Shown here: piece by piece, positions 8,987 through 13,730 of the stretch
How the letters are laid out: the number at the start of each line of letters is the position of its first letter
Numbering within the stretch: the stretch's first letter is position 1
Assembly: GCF_006345805.1 (NCBI RefSeq)
Contig: NW_021826093.1
Coordinates: forward strand, 1-13,730
Origin: Octopus sinensis
Taxonomy: Eukaryota
DNA: 13,730 nucleotides
Direction of reading: 5' to 3'
The notes under the pieces: generated by a model
Databases searched by the model: none
What the model saw: the letters and a program-made list of their open reading frames with translations, nothing else
Told to the model about the DNA's origin: nothing
Made by a program: the position numbers and the translations under genes

Positions 8987-9355
8987 GAGTATGCTTCAAC
9001 ACACGAACTCATATAAAGAATCTTGCAAACCAAATCCAAAAACGAAATAAATATTATCTTTGACAGTCCTCTCGTTGATAGCATTTCCGGTTCTATAGAT
9101 GTCGCTGTTGTACATGATTTTACTCTTTTTATTCATCTTACTGTCGTAGATTCATTGATTTTTATTAATTTTTTTGCGTTACTGTTAGGTATATTATTGT
9201 TTTTTATCCGTACTATTGTGCTATCTTTGTTGATGCTTTGGTTATGCTTTCCTCGTAGATTACGGAGAATTAAATTATTCTGCAGCGTGGAAGGTGTTTA
9301 TAAGCTATTTAAGAAACACAAAAACCGTTAGATTCACTTCAACATTTAAATTTAA

Positions 9356-9406
9356 TTTGTCAAAATATTTTCGTCGCTTTGAGACCGCAAACTGTTCACT
9401 GACAAA
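9356..9406 (-). ncRNA. Mirror copy of the candidate G3:C8 hammerhead (helix II with 2 substitutions)
   Basis: Minus strand: TTTGTCA GTGAACA GTTTGC-GGTCTCAAA-GCGAC GAAA ATATTT TGACAAA. Confidence 0.45.
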
Positions 9407-9416
9407 ACTTCATGGT

Positions 9417-9467
9417 TTTGTCAGTGAACAGGTCGCGGTCTCAAAGCGACGAAAATATTTTGACAAA
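9417..9467 (+). ncRNA. Candidate minimal type-I hammerhead ribozyme, G3:C8 core variant
   Basis: TTTGTCA (helix I) GTGAACA G GTCGC-GGTCTCAAA-GCGAC (helix II) GAAA ATATTT TGACAAA (helix I). Helix I is a perfect 7 bp, helix II a perfect 5 bp, and helix III lies in the palindrome AAAATATTTT. Confidence 0.6.
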
Positions 9468-10451
9468 TTAAATTTAAATGTTGAAGTGAATCTAACGGTT
9501 TTGTGTTTCTTAAATAGCTTATAAACACCTTCCACGTTGCAATTGTTTTCGTTCCAGCACACGATCTCAGATGAAGTCATTCGCTATGCAAGTACATCTC
9601 CGTAAATTATTCTGAACAGCTATAATTATATCAATTACAATCTCAGTTATATGTGTAATTTTAATTGTGAAGTTTAGAGCTTTAAAAAGTAAAAGTGAAG
9701 AAAAATAAGCGTATTTATTAAGTCGAATTGAAGGATCGATATTTTCTGCAAATTCATCAATTAAATGTACCATTCTAATAGTTCATCTGTATTATCCTAA
9801 AGGCTAACTTGAATATGTTCACTTTACTATTAGACTCACCCTGATTAGTATCTAATATATTTTTGCTAATTTTAGTTATGTTCGATTTCGATGAATAAAT
9901 GCGTCGAATAGTTGAATTAATATCGAAGTTCTATTTATTGTTCTTCAAATTTAGGGTGCTTTGGTTGGAACAGTCATGTTTTACTTGTTAATTTGTTTGG
10001 TCCTTTAAAAAAAAGAATCATTAATTTTGACAGCGCCATATCTTTTGATATTTTTGTTTATAATTCTTTGTACAATTCTTTCGTAACGAAATTATTGTAG
10101 GTTAAAATGTCCATGAAAAGGCACGTGATCTAGTGCGTAGGGTGTTACAATGCCAAAATTTGGGGAGCTGCTGCAACTAGAACAGGGACCGGACTGAAAT
10201 GGGATCGCTGCCCGTCCAGCTTTCCAAAATGAAAATATCTATGTAAAAGCACGTTTTTATTTTACTGTATTCTTCTGAAGGTGGGCCCTTGCGTCCGAAA
10301 TATAAAAGATTTAAAAATTTCTACACTGTTAGAAACTGTCCTCATTTCTCATTTCAATTATTATTACACTTACGTACTGCAATGCTTCAAGTGAGCTACA
10401 ACACCCTTCTGAATGTATTAATTTTCTGATATAGATGTTCCAAGGAAGATT

Positions 10452-10570
10452 TATATGTATATATATTATACATATATATATATATATACGCATACATATA
10501 TATGAACATATATATACATATATACACATATATATACATATATACATATATATATATAAATAGATATATC
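10452..10570. repeat. (TA)n/(TACA)n microsatellite
   Basis: Direct reading. Confidence 0.9.
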
Positions 10571-10571
10571 T

Positions 10572-10904
10572 GAGACCCCTTCGGTCACGACACTGACCAT
10601 GGGATTGCACCTAGAAAGTTACCCTCCCAGGGCAAGTCCGGGCAAGGTTGTTTATGGAAGACCACCAGTCGCCCATTCATACCGATCTCCCCTCTCCACG
10701 CCACCAGTGTTATCCAAGGGAAAGGCAAAGGCCGATACAGCTCGGTACCTGTGACGTCGCAACTCATTTCTACAGCTGAGTGAACTGGAGCAACGTGAAA
10801 TAAAGTGTCTTGCTCAAGAACACAACACGCAGCCCGGTCCGGGATTCGAGCACACAACCTCACGATCGTAAGCTCGACGCTCTAACCATTGAGCCATGCG
10901 CCTC

Positions 10905-10907
<3 letters not shown>
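10572..10907 (-). mobile_element. SINE family C (tRNA-derived head plus CORE-like domain; resembles octopus OR-type SINEs)
   Basis: Minus strand: GGAGGCGCATGGCTCAATGGTTAGAGCG...CTCGAATCCCGG (A- and B-box-like), then GTGTTCTTGAGCAAGACACTT...CAGCTGTAGAAATGAG (CORE-like). The family assignment is from memory. Confidence 0.85.
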
Positions 10908-10935
<28 letters not shown>

Positions 10936-10962
10936 TACACATACATACATACATACATACAT

Positions 10963-11004
<42 letters not shown>

Positions 11005-11010
<6 letters not shown>

Positions 11011-11112
11011 TATATAGAAGGAGCTTCTACAGGACTAGAACTGTTCATTCAAGAGAAATCTTCAGGAATGAAACAGTTCTAGTCCTGTAGAAGCTCCTTC
11101 TATATAATAAAT
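11005..11112. mobile_element. Palindromic element type 3 (about 46-bp arms, 15-nt loop) with a CTGAAGA hammerhead-like core on the minus strand
   Basis: 11005-11050 vs 11066-11112 are identical except for one indel. The minus strand reads TTC CTGAAGA TTTCTCTTGAAT GAA-CAG TTCTAGTC CTG TA GAA. Confidence 0.75.
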
Positions 11113-11176
11113 TAATTTTACTCTGCTATGTATGAGTACCTTATTTACTGTGGTTAACCCCGAATCAACCGGGACC

Positions 11177-11221
<45 letters not shown>

Positions 11222-11245
11222 CATATATATGTATAGGGTGAAAAG

Positions 11246-11559
11246 CCCCTTCGGTCATGAATGACAATGGGAGTGCACTAGAAAGTTCCCCACTCGGCTA
11301 CTAGGCCGGGCAAAATTGTTTATGGAAGACCAGCAGTCGCCCACGCATGCCAGCCTTCTCTCTCAACACCACCGATGTTGTCCAAAGCAAAGGTCGATAC
11401 AACTTAGCACCAGTGATGTCACGACTCACTTCTACAACTGAGTGAACTGAGAAAACGTGACATAAATTGCCTTGCTAAAGAACACAACACACAACCCGAT
11501 CCGAGAAACGAACTCACTGTCTCATGACTGCTCTCTAACCATTAACTCATGTGCCTTCA
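11246..11559 (-). mobile_element. SINE family C, older diverged copy
   Basis: Collinear with 10572-10907 from ccccttcggtca through ttgtttatggaagacca, ctgagtgaact and aagaacacaacac to tctaaccatt. Confidence 0.8.
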
Positions 11560-11759
11560 TTTATATATGTATACGTACACATATAAACATAGATATGTAT
11601 AGAGTTACTTAGAAACATATACATACAGATACATAAAGAAAAGGATCAAATGTTCTTCCCGTGCTATAGGCCCATAGGACCAATACCCCCGCAGTCTGTG
11701 GCATATTTATTCCTTGTTAGATGGGAGGCTGGTCCGTAGAAGAAATACACAACTTTGAC

Positions 11760-11860
11760 ATCTGAGTTGACTCGAGCGACATGAAATGAAGTATTTAGCG
11801 AAAGATCATAGGATTTCATTTCGTCCAGGAACCGGAACTTCAAATTAGAGATAACACTAT
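11760..11860 (-). mobile_element. Highly degenerate CORE/tRNA-SINE remnant
   Basis: ctgagttgactcgagcgacatgaaatgaagtattt...gtccaggaacc resembles ctgagtgaactggagcaacgtgaaataaagtgtctt...gtccgggattcg of family C. Confidence 0.4.
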
Positions 11861-11944
11861 CAACGACAGCAACATCTGCCTCTTTGACGATGGAATTATA
11901 TATTTATAGAAATATACCAGAACGTTTGTGCTGTATAATTCTTT

Positions 11945-11975
11945 TCGTATATGCATACATATATTCATATATATA

Positions 11976-12015
<40 letters not shown>

Positions 12016-12192
12016 CATATGTGCGTATGTGTGCATGTGCATAATGTATGTGTGTATATAAAAAATATATGCTATATTTTACGTGCATGTGTAAGTATGT
12101 ACTTACATATATACATATATATATATATAGATAGATAGATAGATAGACATATATATGTATCCATATATGTATGTATATATATATATATAATA

Positions 12193-12234
<42 letters not shown>

Positions 12235-12436
12235 CGGATAAAAAATATATATATACATATATACACACATAAAGCTGTGTGTATATATATGTATGTGTGT
12301 GTGCGTGTGTACGTAGATGTATGTATGTATATTTATATGTATGTGCATATATAAATATTATATATAACTATTTTTTATAAAGATATGTATATTTATGTAC
12401 AAATTTATAACTATATCATATTTATATATGCACAAC

Positions 12437-12505
<69 letters not shown>

Positions 12506-12760
12506 AATGTAATGTATATGTATGTGTATATATGTATATATATATACATATATATGTGTGTATACATATATATGCCTATCTGTCTATCAATATATATATA
12601 TATATATTCGTATATACATATTGATACATACATTATTCATCTATATATAAACCTATATATATCCATATATATATATATATATATATATAAATACATCTAT
12701 ACATACATCTCTGCATTCATCCACCCATCAATACATTCGTACATCCAAGCATACATATAA
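11945..12760. repeat. Long degenerate (TA)n/(TG)n/(GATA)n/(TACA)n microsatellite field
   Basis: Direct reading; the source of the YI-rich pseudo-ORFs. Confidence 0.95.
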
Positions 12761-12964
12761 TTGTCATGCTCGAATGCACAGTACATTATTGGCAAGTTGC
12801 TTTATATAATTTTACATAATACCATGGAAGGGATAGTCGCAGTTCGCTTAGCCAATGTTAAACCGTCATGCATAATTGCACGCTGTTTGAGGGCGCATGC
12901 CTTCTGATTAAACCACCTCAAGGTGTACACAGATTAACGGATTAGCAGGCTGAGATGAGACACC

Positions 12965-13250
12965 ACACACACACACACGTGTGTGTGTATGTCTGTGACA
13001 TTTGTTTCTATATATACATACTTATATATAATATATATTATATATATATATATATATATTATATATAAACATATACATATATACATATCTGCACATATAA
13101 TTATAAATAGAAATATATATATATATCAATCATATATATATACATATATATATACATATATATTCACATATATATATATGCATATATATACTTACATATA
13201 TATACATATGTATATATGTATATATATGTATACACACACATGTATATATA

Positions 13251-13281
<31 letters not shown>

Positions 13282-13380
13282 CATAAATGAATATCAATAT
13301 ACATATAAATATATATTATATACATATATGTATATACACACATGTTTATGTCTGTATGTGTGTTTGTGTGTGTGTGTGTA
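12965..13380. repeat. Degenerate (CA)n/(TA)n/(TG)n microsatellite field
   Basis: Direct reading. Confidence 0.95.
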
Positions 13381-13474
13381 AAAGAGGATTGACATAGAAG
13401 TTAATATGTGTTTGTCTAATTTTCTGAGTACAAATGACTAATGTGATCTATGTGTATATTTGACTTAGTACACA

Positions 13475-13635
13475 AAGAGAGAGGGGGAAGAGAGAAAGAG
13501 AGAGAGTGTGTAGAAGAGAGAGAGAAAGAGTGAATATCTTTGAGAAAAAAAGTAAGAGAAGAGAGCATGTGCCTTGGTGAGGCAAAAAGGGGGAAAAGAA
13601 AGAGAAAAAGATGAGGGACAGAGAGAAAGTTTAAG
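13475..13635. repeat. GA-rich polypurine low-complexity tract
   Basis: gagagagggggaagagagaaagagagagag... with few pyrimidines on the plus strand. Confidence 0.8.
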
Positions 13636-13684
13636 AAGTAAATGATAGGAAAATGGCCCTTTGTATATTTATGCTTGTGTCTAT

Positions 13685-13689
13685 ATATG

Positions 13690-13730
<41 letters not shown>
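13685..13730. repeat. (TA)n microsatellite running off the window end
   Basis: Direct reading. Confidence 0.9.

Larger units (their letters stand above)
8182..9047. mobile_element. Palindromic (foldback) element type 1, about 200-bp arms, right arm interrupted by a nested TIR element
   Basis: The left arm 8182-8382 pairs with 8400-8545 plus 8995-9047 across a 17-nt loop. The outer 58 bp (8182-8239 vs 8990-9047) differ at 2 positions. Confidence 0.85.
9281..9541. mobile_element. Palindromic element type 2 (about 128-bp arms, 6-nt loop)
   Basis: 9281-9408 vs 9415-9541 differ by 3 mismatches and 1 indel. No clear TSD. Confidence 0.9.

Noticed and set aside
8170-9060. Target-site duplication for the type-1 foldback element
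   Set aside because: The flanks (tagacttagtag and taaatattatc) share no convincing direct repeat.
9567-9773. 68-aa minus-strand ORF as a Penelope RT or GIY-YIG remnant
   Set aside because: No YxDD, QxxGxxMG or GIY-YIG motif is recognisable; a tblastx or HMM search would be needed.
10140-10233. Possible short exon (open frame GCYNAKIWGAAATRTGTGLKWDRCPSSFPK)
   Set aside because: No polypyrimidine tract before the AG, no recognisable homology, and short open frames arise by chance.
10830-10905. tRNA gene on the minus strand
   Set aside because: Acceptor and anticodon stems do not pair and the B-box is degenerate. It is the head of a SINE, with a collinear copy at 11246-11559. The same applies to the heads at about 1430-1495, 3414-3480, 6560-6645 and 7490-7555.
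11840-13709. YI/IY-rich and SL-rich ORFs
   Set aside because: They are direct translations of (TA)n, (CA)n and (GA)n microsatellites.

Overview
Non-coding, very repeat-rich eukaryotic DNA with no credible protein-coding gene; every ORF in the track comes from microsatellites, low-complexity DNA or SINEs. From memory, the SINE families, TTAGGG repeats and dense TA/CA/GATA microsatellites match an octopus (coleoid cephalopod) genome; this is an inference, not a database result. Contents: a 27-bp minisatellite; three tRNA-headed SINE families (about 9 copies, one nested in another); a 5S rRNA-derived hairpin; about 14 copies of a 142-bp satellite with dimeric higher-order structure; a 441-bp TIR element with an 8-bp TSD and internal TTAGGG repeats; and long microsatellite fields. 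The most notable signal is in 7891-11112. Three palindromic element types, unrelated in sequence, each carry a minimal type-I hammerhead-ribozyme-like fold near the palindrome centre. Their cores read TTGAAAA, GTGAACA and CTGAAGA, i.e. U:A, G:C and C:G at the 3:8 tertiary pair. Two of them also have a palindromic helix III and an extra G after A9, resembling the hammerheads of Penelope-like retroelement repeats. Ribozyme activity is not demonstrated.
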